This document shows, one piece after another, positions 1-9,070 of a stretch of DNA of 64,000 nt. Numbering within the stretch: the first letter of the stretch is position 1; each line of letters starts with the position of its first letter. The position numbers and the translations under genes were made by a program. This DNA is from Methyloligellaceae bacterium (GTDB taxonomy: Bacteria > Pseudomonadota > Alphaproteobacteria > Rhizobiales > CBDHHC01), in the NCBI GenBank assembly GCA_965263345.1, contig CBDHHC010000021.1, positions 4,182 to 68,181 of the forward strand, written 5' to 3'. Under the pieces are notes generated by a model. The model had not been told where the DNA came from. It saw nothing but the letters and a program-made list of their open reading frames with translations, and did no database searches.

Positions 1-98
1 CTTCTTTAATGCGACATTTGTCAAGTCTAAATTAATCAACATTGGTCAGGTTGTATACCTGACCACATTATAATGACCCAAACTTAAAGCTTCTATTC
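1..98 (+). repeat. Repeat family C, copy 1 (cut by window edge); identical to 18015..18112
   Basis: Base-for-base string identity of 1..98 with 18015..18112. It contains the hairpin GGTCAGG-ttgtata-CCTGACC at 44..64. Confidence 0.9.
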
Positions 99-131
99 CC
101 CGCCTGCTTTGTAAGCCTGACCGGCGGGGGG
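98..131 (-). repeat. GC-rich hairpin related to the start of repeat family B, in inverted orientation
   Basis: The reverse complement reads CCCCCGCCGGTCAGGCTT..., matching the first ~18 nt of the B elements at 21425, 42126 and 43082. The stem is CCCCGCC...GGCGGGG. Confidence 0.4.
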
Positions 132-182
132 TATTGTCGCAACAGGATCTGTTGTTTTGCGCAGAATAGGTGGTTGCCTAGC

Positions 183-482
183 TTATGCAGGGATAAATTT
201 TTCCACTTGAATTTCATTTTCACGTTTGCGCATTTGGAAGGCATCATAACGTGTTTGCATCCGCAAAAGCGTATCCATTTTCACTCCAAACGCTTTTTCA
301 ATCCGCAAAGCCATTTCTGGCGAAAGGGATGCTTTTTCATTCAGAAGATTGGACAAGGCAGGGCGGCCTACGCCTAATATTTCTGCTGCATGGGTTACCG
401 AAAGGTCATCAGGCAAGACAGACCGCTTTATAAATCCCCCTGGATGGGGTGGTTTCATACCTATTTTAACAGCCATTCTCAA
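183..482 (-). CDS. higA: HigA-type antitoxin (XRE-family HTH)
   Basis: 99 aa. The HTH segment LSVTHAAEILGVGRPALSNLLNEKASLSPEMALRIEKAFG is typical of HigA/VapI antidote proteins. It lies 12 nt downstream of the toxin gene, in the higB-higA order. Confidence 0.75.
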   Translation of the reverse strand: MRMAVKIGMKPPHPGGFIKRSVLPDDLSVTHAAEILGVGRPALSNLLNEKASLSPEMALRIEKAFGVKMDTLLRMQTRYDAFQMRKRENEIQVEKFIPA

Positions 483-494
483 TACTCCTGTTTC

Positions 495-785
495 CTAATG
501 GTAATCCTCATAATCAAGATCATAGAGTTCATGTTCTTGATCATCATACCGAAATGTAATGCGCCAGTTTGCAGTGACAGTAAAACTATATGTCTTTGCG
601 CGGTCTCCACTTAACAGATGTGGTTTGTATTTTTGAAGATCATAAACTTCTTCAATATCCTCAATATCATTGAGGAAGGCGATAATATCGCTGATTTTTA
701 GGACATAATCTTGGGTTAAGCCTTTGGGATTATTGTTTTCGACGAAATTCCGAAGGCCTTTATGTCGTATATTCCTGATCTTCAT
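495..785 (-). CDS. higB: HigB-type toxin (plasmid maintenance system killer / RelE superfamily)
   Basis: 96 aa. The N-terminus IRHKGLRNFVENNNPKGL and the segment ANWRITFRYDD match the HigB/killer-protein pattern. It is paired with higA. Confidence 0.7.
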   Translation of the reverse strand: MKIRNIRHKGLRNFVENNNPKGLTQDYVLKISDIIAFLNDIEDIEEVYDLQKYKPHLLSGDRAKTYSFTVTANWRITFRYDDQEHELYDLDYEDYH

Positions 786-878
786 AGAGTTTTATAACAT
801 ATTGTATTGTGTAGCGCAACAGGTTATAATTTCATGGTAATCACTTTTTCTAATTTGATTGTTCTTGTAATACATTTT

Positions 879-985
879 GGCTTTAACCCTTCATAAACCA
901 TAACGAAAAAAGAATAAATACCCAGGAAAAAAGTCCTTGACACCGTAACGGTCCTGTGCTATATATATGGCATAATCGGTAGAAA
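879..985 (+). promoter_or_regulatory. Repeat family D copy 1: ~105-nt module carrying a near-consensus sigma70 promoter
   Basis: TTGACA (937..942), a 17-nt spacer, then TATATA (960..965). The spacer contains the palindrome ACCGT-a-ACGGT. The module recurs at 44640..44745 and, more diverged, at 51545..51650. Confidence 0.45.
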
Positions 986-1145
986 ACTAGAAAAAAATAC
1001 TTATTTTCTTTAGTCTTATTGAAACTAAATTTTTTAAAATATATTGGCTTTTATTTTATCTATGTGCTCTTTCTTCTAAAAACCTTGAATATTATATGTA
1101 GTCATATTGTAAATGAATGTAACTACATTTTGGAAAGATATGACT

Positions 1146-1382
1146 ATGAGCAAAGACATCTCATTGCGTGAGGCAAAAGCACATTTGTCTAAATTGCTCG
1201 ACCGTGTGGAAAAGGGCGAAGAGATTATTATCACGCGTCATGGAAAGCCGTCTGCTAAGATGACATCTGTCAAAGCTCAGCGACGGACTGCCGGGGCTTT
1301 AAAAGGCCAGATTAAAATGTCTGATGATTTTGACCAAACAGATGAAGAGATTACTGAGCTATTTGAAGGGCATATTTCTTGA
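1146..1382 (+). CDS. Phd/YefM-family antitoxin
   Basis: The sequence MSKDISLREAKAHLSKLLDRVEKGEEIIITRHGKP is a classic Phd/YefM N-terminus. GGAAAG lies 8 nt upstream of this ATG (alternative starts at 1113 and 1140). The stop overlaps the vapC start. Confidence 0.75.
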   Translation: MSKDISLREAKAHLSKLLDRVEKGEEIIITRHGKPSAKMTSVKAQRRTAGALKGQIKMSDDFDQTDEEITELFEGHIS

Positions 1383-1762
1383 GCCTGTTAATTGATGCGC
1401 ATGTTTTGTTATGGTGGCTGAATGACGATAAACGTCTCGGAGATGCTGCCAGAACATTGATTTCCACACAAGAGACGGCTTCTATCAGTATTGCCAGTCT
1501 GTGGGACGTTATCATTAAACGCAGGCTTGGAAAACTTGAGGTTGATGTTGATGTCTTGTTTGATACGATCCCGAAGCAAGGTTTTTCAAGCTTGCCAATC
1601 GCGCATAGACATTTATTGACCTTAGATGGTTTGCCCATGCATCATCGCGATCCGTTTGACCGTATGATTATTGCACAAGCGATGACAGATAAGTGCACTG
1701 TCCTAACTGGTGATCAGGCTTTTTATGTTTATGATATTGCTCATATAGATGCCAGACAATGA
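1379..1762 (+). CDS. vapC: PIN-domain toxin VapC
   Basis: 127 aa. The N-terminal LLIDAHVLLWW and the C-terminal HRDPFDRMIIAQA are PIN acidic-residue motifs. The TTG start overlaps the antitoxin stop. Confidence 0.8.
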   Translation: MSLLIDAHVLLWWLNDDKRLGDAARTLISTQETASISIASLWDVIIKRRLGKLEVDVDVLFDTIPKQGFSSLPIAHRHLLTLDGLPMHHRDPFDRMIIAQAMTDKCTVLTGDQAFYVYDIAHIDARQ

Positions 1763-1774
1763 GATGAAACGTCC

Positions 1775-2674
1775 TCAACATTGGGGTAAACCCTGTCTTT
1801 TGGTTTTATGGATTATTTCTTCTTCTTTGCGAAGTTCGTCTTGTTGCCAGCTGTGAATAGCATAGGGTTTCTGGGTGTTGTTTTTAAGCTCTATGACAGC
1901 GCGGCGGGTAAAGAGTGTGCCGGAGGGTGTTTTTGCGATGGCGCTGATGGTGAAGGTTTTTCGGTTGGAGACGAGTTTATAAAGGCCGATTTCTTTTCGT
2001 TTGGTGAGTGCTTCTTTTAAGGTTTGTGGGCTGATATTTGCATCAAAGCCGCTGCGTTTAGAATAGATGGTGACGAGAGGTTTTAGCTGGGTAATGATTT
2101 TGTCAGATAACCCTAAGACCTGGTGAAGTTCTCCGATGGTCTGGAATTGGAAATTTTTAGGTCCATAGGGTTTGCCGGCTTCTTTATATTCTTTTTCTTC
2201 AGCGCCATTTAAGCGTTTTAGATTATCGGTATCGCGGAAATCTATGATGGCGTCGGTATATTTGTTGGCGATGTCCAAGGGAAGGCCAAGGCCTTGAAAC
2301 AGGGACAAAAGAAGCGCCTCATTGGCTGTATTGAGATCAATCTTGCCGGCTTCATCCTGTGCGGACAAACTTAAGATGATATTTTGTTTGCCAAGGCAAA
2401 GGACTGGTTGTCCATTGTGGGCAAAGCGTCTTTTTTCTGGCAATAATCTTGAGGTTTCCAGTAAATCAAGCAGGACAATATTGATACCGCCATCGGCCAT
2501 GGCTTGTGCTTTGGCGTGGTCCAGAACATTAGAGGTGAGTTTGGTATGGGTGCGCACTGTGACAACAAAGGAGAGCACAAGGAGCGCCATAAGGCCAAGG
2601 CCCCATATGACAATGATGAGCGCGAAGCCTCTTTGTGATTGACAAGCTGAGGCATCGCGACATTTTAAAAGCAT
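1775..2674 (-). CDS. gspK: Type II secretion minor pseudopilin GspK
   Basis: 299 aa. It has the N-terminal pseudopilin-like segment QRGFALIIVIWGLGLMALLVLSF and GspK-like size and pattern. Its start overlaps the gspD stop at 2674. Confidence 0.7.
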   Translation of the reverse strand: MLLKCRDASACQSQRGFALIIVIWGLGLMALLVLSFVVTVRTHTKLTSNVLDHAKAQAMADGGINIVLLDLLETSRLLPEKRRFAHNGQPVLCLGKQNIILSLSAQDEAGKIDLNTANEALLLSLFQGLGLPLDIANKYTDAIIDFRDTDNLKRLNGAEEKEYKEAGKPYGPKNFQFQTIGELHQVLGLSDKIITQLKPLVTIYSKRSGFDANISPQTLKEALTKRKEIGLYKLVSNRKTFTISAIAKTPSGTLFTRRAVIELKNNTQKPYAIHSWQQDELRKEEEIIHKTKRQGLPQC

Positions 2675-4848
2675 TAGCGGAAGGTCCGTTTGATATTTTC
2701 TTTAAAATCTGGTGTGCCGCCTGGTTTAGGGCGAACTGATAGGTTTAAACGACGGCGGAATTCATTGGTGACCTGATCAGCTTGATAGGGATCTCTGACA
2801 ACGCGCGGCGTGATTATGATAATTAATTCTGTGCGTTCAATTCTGTCGGATTTTTGTTTGAACAGATTACCTAAGATTGGAATGTCGCCAGCAAGTGGGA
2901 CCTGAGAACGGTTTTTGTTATTGTTGTCCTGGATTAAGCCGCCTAATGTCAGGCTTTCTCCGTCATTGACAACAACTGTGGTCTGAATTTTTCGCTGTTG
3001 AATGGTTGGAGAGTCAATGCCTGATGACGTGGTTTGTACAACATCGCTGACTTCCTGTTCAATTTCCAGAAGAACACGGCCGCTGTCATTGACCCGAGGT
3101 TTTACAGCTAAGATAACACCTGTATCCTTAAAGGAAACAGAATTGACAATTGGAGCGTTTTGATCGACGACGCTCACAGCGGACTGAGTGGCGATCGGAA
3201 CCTGATCACCAACTTGCAGGACAGCTTTTTTGTTATCGAGCACCATAACAGACGGCGAAGAGATGACTTTTACATTGGTGATGCTGTTTAGAGCATCAAG
3301 GGCAATATCAATTTTAGGTGTTGAAAAGAAATAAGAGAAGCCTGGAAAGGCCGAAGCGACTGCACCCGATGCTGCATCTGTGAATGTAAAGTTGCTTTTG
3401 CCTTTTTGGAAGAACCATTTGACACCGAATTGTAGCTCATCATTTAAGGAGACTTCGGCAATTGTCGCTTCAAGAAGGACCTGGTTTGGCAGGACATCAA
3501 TTCGCTCCAAGACACGCAGGATGCGTTTATAATAATGAGGTGTTGACATAATCAACAGCGAGTTATTGGCTTCATCTGTGACAATTCTTAAAGGAGCTTT
3601 TTTGCCATTTGTGTTTGTAGAAGAAGATGATGATGATCTAGAGGTTCTTTGTTGTGGTTCAGGGCTGTTATTTTCATTGTCCCCATTTTCGCGTGAGCCG
3701 TTAGATATTCTGGAGGCTGTATATTGTGGTGAAACATCGCCAGTTCCAGATGATGTTTCTGTGGTCTCTGCTTTGCCGAGGAATATTTTTTGTAAAATTT
3801 CTGTCAGTTCTGAGGCTGGGCGATTTTGTATTTTATAAACGTAGAGTTGTTCTGATGTGTTTCGGCCTGCCAGATCAAGACGTTTGATCCATTTTTCAGC
3901 TTTATATATATGATTTGGTTGGGAAGAGATGATCAGAACAGCATTTAAGCGCTTATTTGGAATAAAACGGAGCACGCCTTGTACCGGGCCTTTTTTGTCA
4001 TTGGCGTAAATTGTATCTAATTCTTGCACGAGATCTTCCGGGTCTGAATTTTTAGTAGGAACCAGTGAGATTGACATGCCTTTCATGAAGTCAACATCAA
4101 AGACATTGATTGCATCTTGAAGGGTATCGAGTTCGTTAGATGTGCCAGACAAAATGAGGAGGTTGCGGGTTTTATCGATACTTAGAATTGATCCTTCGGG
4201 TGCGATGGGTTTTAAAATGCGGGCCATCTCTGTTGCCGAAACATATTGGAGTGGTGTGATGACGGTCCCAACACCAACTCTTGCCCGCCGATCTCTATCT
4301 TTTCTGGTTGTAAGCCGTCTAACTTTACGATTGGCATTTGAAGCTGGAGCTATTTTGTAAAACTCTCCTTCTTCTTCGATGCCATATCCTTTGCTTTGTA
4401 AGATTGTTTCAAAGGTTTTCAAAAGAGCTTCTTTAGAGACTGCATTGGTGGTCTGGATGGTAATTTGTCCATTTACTTGAGGGTCTATGGTGTAATTGAT
4501 CTTTAAGGTATCAGCCAGGATCACTTTTGCAGCATGTTCAACACTTACACGGACCAAATTCAGTGTCACACCATCTTTGCCATTAAATGTTTTTTTTGCT
4601 GAGACTTTGGAAACCCCTTTAGTGAATTTTCCAGTCCCAGGAAAATGCCGAGTTTGTCTTTTATCAAGTTTATCGGAGGTCCCAGAAAAAAGCTTTTGTG
4701 AATTTGGAGTATATTTGTTACTTGTTTTTTTATATTTATTGTAACTTGGTCCTAATAATATTTCTTGTGTTGATTTACTAGCACAAGATGAAAGCAATAT
4801 CAAAACTATAGCATAAGTAGAACCTAATAAAAATACGCGATGCAACAC
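2674..4848 (-). CDS. gspD: Type II secretion secretin GspD, with lipoprotein-type signal peptide
   Basis: 724 aa. It has N-domains followed by a C-terminal secretin core (VPLAGDIPILGNLFKQKSD...ELIIIITPRVV). The N-terminus MLHRVFLLGSTYAIVLILLSSC carries a lipobox L-S-S-C. Confidence 0.9.
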   Translation of the reverse strand: MLHRVFLLGSTYAIVLILLSSCASKSTQEILLGPSYNKYKKTSNKYTPNSQKLFSGTSDKLDKRQTRHFPGTGKFTKGVSKVSAKKTFNGKDGVTLNLVRVSVEHAAKVILADTLKINYTIDPQVNGQITIQTTNAVSKEALLKTFETILQSKGYGIEEEGEFYKIAPASNANRKVRRLTTRKDRDRRARVGVGTVITPLQYVSATEMARILKPIAPEGSILSIDKTRNLLILSGTSNELDTLQDAINVFDVDFMKGMSISLVPTKNSDPEDLVQELDTIYANDKKGPVQGVLRFIPNKRLNAVLIISSQPNHIYKAEKWIKRLDLAGRNTSEQLYVYKIQNRPASELTEILQKIFLGKAETTETSSGTGDVSPQYTASRISNGSRENGDNENNSPEPQQRTSRSSSSSSTNTNGKKAPLRIVTDEANNSLLIMSTPHYYKRILRVLERIDVLPNQVLLEATIAEVSLNDELQFGVKWFFQKGKSNFTFTDAASGAVASAFPGFSYFFSTPKIDIALDALNSITNVKVISSPSVMVLDNKKAVLQVGDQVPIATQSAVSVVDQNAPIVNSVSFKDTGVILAVKPRVNDSGRVLLEIEQEVSDVVQTTSSGIDSPTIQQRKIQTTVVVNDGESLTLGGLIQDNNNKNRSQVPLAGDIPILGNLFKQKSDRIERTELIIIITPRVVRDPYQADQVTNEFRRRLNLSVRPKPGGTPDFKENIKRTFR

Positions 4849-4969
4849 AACTCCCCCTAATAATGGGTTTCCACAACATTAAAATAAAGCCCATTTCTAT
4901 GAGTTTATAAAACAAACATAAATTAAGCGGTATTATGACATTGCGACTTTTTTATTTTTTATAATTATT

Positions 4970-5512
4970 TCAATTGGTAATGTTGGTTTTATACAAAACC
5001 AATTCATTCTTTTTCCCATCCCCTTCTATTGTAACTTTATCGTTATGAATGGATATAATACGCCAGCCTTCAATGGTCATTTTATTTGAATACCAGAGGC
5101 CTTTGGGGTTTTGCGGAGAACTAATAAGCGCTTTTCGTGCACTTACATTTATGAGAATGCCTAGAAGCTTTAGTTGTGTATGGGAAATTATTGAAGGTTC
5201 CTGTTTTATTTGAGGAATGGGTTTTTCGATAGGTTTGATAATCTTCTTGATATAAGGCTTACGGTTTTTGTTAAAAATCGGGCGTTTATTAATTTCCGAA
5301 TTGGAATTAAGTGTGGTTTTTTTAAAGGCAAATTGTGGTTTGGCCAACACACTATTATTTTGCGGTATCTGTTTAAGTAAGTGTAAGCTGGGCGTGATAT
5401 CGAGTGTTATCGTCTGAAGATAATATATTGCATATCCGAGAGAACAGGAAAACAGTATTAGAAAAGTAAGGGAGACAGTTTTTATGAATGAAGCCTGAGA
5501 GGAGTTGTTCAT
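4970..5512 (-). CDS. GspC/GspN-like T2SS inner-membrane component (TM anchor plus HR/PilP-like domain, no PDZ)
   Basis: 180 aa with an N-terminal TM helix. The C-terminal LKLLGILINVSARKALISS...IEGWRIISIHNDKVTIEGDGKKNELVL resembles the secretin-interacting HR domain. It sits directly upstream of gspD and overlaps the gspM-like gene by 4 nt. Confidence 0.4.
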   Translation of the reverse strand: MNNSSQASFIKTVSLTFLILFSCSLGYAIYYLQTITLDITPSLHLLKQIPQNNSVLAKPQFAFKKTTLNSNSEINKRPIFNKNRKPYIKKIIKPIEKPIPQIKQEPSIISHTQLKLLGILINVSARKALISSPQNPKGLWYSNKMTIEGWRIISIHNDKVTIEGDGKKNELVLYKTNITN

Positions 5513-6072
5513 TTTTTATCTCCTTCCCATAAGCCTGCATAAATTTCAAGTTGTAGAGATATTATCTTATCGGATGTTATTCCAGCAGGTTGATAGACTT
5601 CATTTGCCCGAAAGCTTGCCCTTTCAATTATGAGAAAGGGAATATGATTTTCTATATCATGTAAGAGTTGATATAGTTTTTTTTGAGTCCCGCTTAAATC
5701 TATGCGGACACCAACCAACTGGCTGTCGGCATTTTTTTTTGATTGTATTTTGCTTGCTTGTTGAACAATAATCTGATGTTTGGTTGCGATATTTTTTACT
5801 GTAGACTGTAGGTTTGCGAAGACAATCGTTTCGCTTTGCCCTTCCATAAAATTTTTACGAGTTGAGGAAGTGGAAGATGTTTTCTTTGGAACTTTTTTAT
5901 TTTGTATTGTTAGGTATTTTGCGAGAAGGAAGCGTTTTTCTTCAATCTCATTTTGATTATCTAAATAATTTTGTCGTAAGGGAATTAGAATAAAATTCAT
6001 AATAGCCAGTAGTGGAAGTATTATGAGAGATATTGCAAGTAAGCGCCTGATATTTGGTGAAAGTTGATACAT
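5509..6072 (-). CDS. GspM-like T2SS assembly-platform protein
   Basis: 187 aa with a single N-terminal TM helix (LLAISLIILPLLAIMNFILIPL) and a periplasmic domain of about 150 aa. It is positioned between the L-like and C-like genes. The call rests on topology and context. Confidence 0.45.
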   Translation of the reverse strand: MYQLSPNIRRLLAISLIILPLLAIMNFILIPLRQNYLDNQNEIEEKRFLLAKYLTIQNKKVPKKTSSTSSTRKNFMEGQSETIVFANLQSTVKNIATKHQIIVQQASKIQSKKNADSQLVGVRIDLSGTQKKLYQLLHDIENHIPFLIIERASFRANEVYQPAGITSDKIISLQLEIYAGLWEGDKK

Positions 6073-6075
6073 TGT

Positions 6076-7179
6076 TCACCTTTTAAGCTCAGAAAATTGC
6101 GCAGGTTTTGTGAGTAATTTCAGACGATAGCGCTCTCGTTTTTGTGTTGGGTCCATTATAACAGGAGATATAAAACTGATCTTATGAAAGAGTTTTGAGT
6201 TATCTAAGGTTTTTAGTAATTTCTCGGCGTTTTTAGTATAACCTGTGATAATGATTTCGCCTTGTTTGACTTGCATGTCATTAACCCAGCTGTCGTCAGG
6301 TAATTTTTTTGCTATCTCTTCCCATAGTCTTACTATTGGAATAACTTTGTGTTTTTTTATATTTAAACTTTGAATTTTTCTCTCGAGGTTTTGAGAAGAT
6401 TTTATCCTAGCTTGTACTTTTTGTGCTTTCTGTTTGGCTATTTTGATTTTCTGATTAAGGGCAGAGATTGCTAAACTTTGTTTTTCAAAAAGTAAATATG
6501 TAAAAGTGGTAGATAATATAAGGATAAGTGATAAAAACATATATGCTGTTTTTTTATATAATGACTTATTATTTGAAATATCATTTTCAGCTATGAGATT
6601 AATATTATATGGGGATGAGGGCTCATCTCCAATTGCATCAACAAAAGAAATTTTGATGTTTTGTTTTTCAAAATTTTCTATCAGACTATTAACTTTATCT
6701 CTTTTTGCAATAATTTGTTGAATATGGAGCTTATTCTTATTTTCCTTTGAAATAATATAGTCAGAGTATATTTGATCATGTTTAAATGGGGTCGTATTTT
6801 CCAGATTGAGTGATAATATTTTTTCAATTTCAAATCTAGTTTCAAGAGGAAGTTCTTCTTTTCTTAAAAAATATTGTTTGGGACGTAAACGTAAACCAAA
6901 TATGTTCGCTTTATTTTTTTTCTTTAGTCTTTTTATAAATTCTTGAGAATGAAATTCAAAGTTCTCGAGTGTATGGAATTCTTGTATTTCGGGCTCTTCG
7001 TTTATCGAATTCTTCTTAGTTATAGTAAGTTTATTTTCGTGATAAGAAAAAGCTATATAAGGTATAGGTCTTTTATTTGTAGATTTTAACCAATCCGGGA
7101 TAATTGTGGAGAGTTCATAATACCACCACTGGAAAAAATGAGAGATATAAAATTGTAAGTGGTCGTTTTTTTGATTCAC
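6076..7179 (-). CDS. GspL-like T2SS assembly-platform protein
   Basis: 367 aa: about 210 aa cytoplasmic, one TM helix (AYMFLSLILILSTTFTYLLF), then about 135 aa periplasmic, which is the GspL topology. It is the first gene of the minus-strand operon, divergent from gspE. The sequence is very Lys/Asn/Ile-rich. Confidence 0.45.
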   Translation of the reverse strand: MNQKNDHLQFYISHFFQWWYYELSTIIPDWLKSTNKRPIPYIAFSYHENKLTITKKNSINEEPEIQEFHTLENFEFHSQEFIKRLKKKNKANIFGLRLRPKQYFLRKEELPLETRFEIEKILSLNLENTTPFKHDQIYSDYIISKENKNKLHIQQIIAKRDKVNSLIENFEKQNIKISFVDAIGDEPSSPYNINLIAENDISNNKSLYKKTAYMFLSLILILSTTFTYLLFEKQSLAISALNQKIKIAKQKAQKVQARIKSSQNLERKIQSLNIKKHKVIPIVRLWEEIAKKLPDDSWVNDMQVKQGEIIITGYTKNAEKLLKTLDNSKLFHKISFISPVIMDPTQKRERYRLKLLTKPAQFSELKR

Positions 7180-7347
7180 TTTACGTAACTCTACTAATTA
7201 GCTCATTAAATTAATGAGTTGATATAAAATAACACTAACATATGACCTATCCTATATGATATAACTTATGCAAAAGAATATGTTAGCTCATTAATATATA
7301 GCTTTAGAATAAGGCAACATAAATATTTATGTATTTTGTAATACTCA

Positions 7348-9066
7348 ATGAATTTTACAGATCCGAACAGTCAGAATTTTATAGAAAGCCTGAGTAATTT
7401 ATTGCTCAATAATAAAATTATTGATGAAAATGCATTAAATAGGGCAAAAACAGCACATTCTCAGACAAATGAGCGTTTCGATCTTGTGTTGACAAAGCTC
7501 GGTTTGGTTTCGGAGGAAGACCTCAATCAATTTTTAGCAAAACTACTCAAAATTCCATTTGTTGAAAAGAATGACTATCCAGACGACCTCATTATTCTTA
7601 ATGAGGTGAGTTTAGATTTTTTACGACTTCATAAAATATTATTGTTAGATCTAACACAAGATCAACTGAAAATTGCCACTCCAGACCCTTTTAATCACCA
7701 GGCCTTCGAAGCTCTTTCATATCAACTTGATAAAGATATAGAATGTTGTTTAACGAGAAATGCAGATTTTGAGGAGGCCTTTGAGACACTATTTGAACAT
7801 AATTTGTCAAGGCAAACTACAGATTATGAGGATTTAGATTTCTTAGACGTTAATAGTGAGGATGTTCAGAAACTAAAAGATCTTGCAAGTGAAGCACCGG
7901 TTATAAAATTAGTAAATGATCTGATTATCAAAGCTGTAGAGAATAATGCTTCAGATATTCATATTGAACCATTGGAAAATTATGTTCGTGTTAGGTATCG
8001 CATTGATGGTTTTCTCAATGAAGTTCAAAAAATTCCATTACATCTTAAATCGGCTGTTATTTCGCGCATTAAAATTCTAGGTAAGCTCAATATTGCAGAA
8101 AGACGTCTTCCTCTTGATGGTAGAATTAAGATGACAGTGAGGGGTATAGATGTTGATATTCGACTATCAACGACTCCAATCTATTTTGGGGAAAGTGTTG
8201 TATTAAGAATTCTGGATCAGAGTAAATTAACCCTTGATTTTCCAACTTTGGGGTTTGAGGGGAAAACATATGAAAATTATAAGACCTTAATTCAAAAGCC
8301 AAATGGCATCGTACTCGTGACAGGTCCTACAGGAAGTGGTAAAACAACGACGCTTTATGCCTCTTTAAATGAATTGAATGATGTTGCGCAGAAGGTATTT
8401 ACTGTAGAAGATCCTATCGAATATCAATTAGCTGGTATCAACCAACTTCAAGTTCATTCTGAAATTGGTTTAAATTTTGCGAAAGCCCTCAGGTCAATCT
8501 TAAGACAAGATCCTGATATTATCATGGTCGGGGAAATCAGAGACTTAGAAACTGCGCAAATTTCCATTCAGGCTTCATTAACCGGGCATTTGGTATTTTC
8601 TACACTCCATACCAATAGTGCAGCTGCAACAATAACTCGACTTATTGATATGGGTGTTGAAGACTATTTTATTGCCTCTACTGTTACTGGAATATTAGCA
8701 CAGAGGCTTGTTGGGAAATTATGTGAACATTGTGCAGAACCAATTGAGGTAACGCAACCTTTTATCGATAAGTTACACCCGACACAAGATACATTGTCAA
8801 TGGTCAAGCATTCTATAAAACTAAAAAAGGCTGTGGGATGTGCGTATTGTAACTATACAGGTTTCAAGGGACGGACAACGATTATGGAACTTCTTGTGAT
8901 TGATGATACAATACATGATGTTATCCTTTCTTCTGGTTCGCAGGCACAAATAGAAAAACAAGCGGTTCAAAATGGAATGACAACGATGTACCAAAATGGA
9001 TTAGTACGAGCTTTTCGTGGAGAAACAACGATCGAAGAAATTTTGCGTGTTGCACGATTAAAGTAA
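7348..9066 (+). CDS. gspE: Type II secretion ATPase GspE
   Basis: 572 aa with Walker A GPTGSGKTT, the VGEIRD motif, and a C-terminal tetracysteine (CEHC...CAYC). Confidence 0.9.
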   Translation: MNFTDPNSQNFIESLSNLLLNNKIIDENALNRAKTAHSQTNERFDLVLTKLGLVSEEDLNQFLAKLLKIPFVEKNDYPDDLIILNEVSLDFLRLHKILLLDLTQDQLKIATPDPFNHQAFEALSYQLDKDIECCLTRNADFEEAFETLFEHNLSRQTTDYEDLDFLDVNSEDVQKLKDLASEAPVIKLVNDLIIKAVENNASDIHIEPLENYVRVRYRIDGFLNEVQKIPLHLKSAVISRIKILGKLNIAERRLPLDGRIKMTVRGIDVDIRLSTTPIYFGESVVLRILDQSKLTLDFPTLGFEGKTYENYKTLIQKPNGIVLVTGPTGSGKTTTLYASLNELNDVAQKVFTVEDPIEYQLAGINQLQVHSEIGLNFAKALRSILRQDPDIIMVGEIRDLETAQISIQASLTGHLVFSTLHTNSAAATITRLIDMGVEDYFIASTVTGILAQRLVGKLCEHCAEPIEVTQPFIDKLHPTQDTLSMVKHSIKLKKAVGCAYCNYTGFKGRTTIMELLVIDDTIHDVILSSGSQAQIEKQAVQNGMTTMYQNGLVRAFRGETTIEEILRVARLK

Positions 9067-9070
9067 TGTT

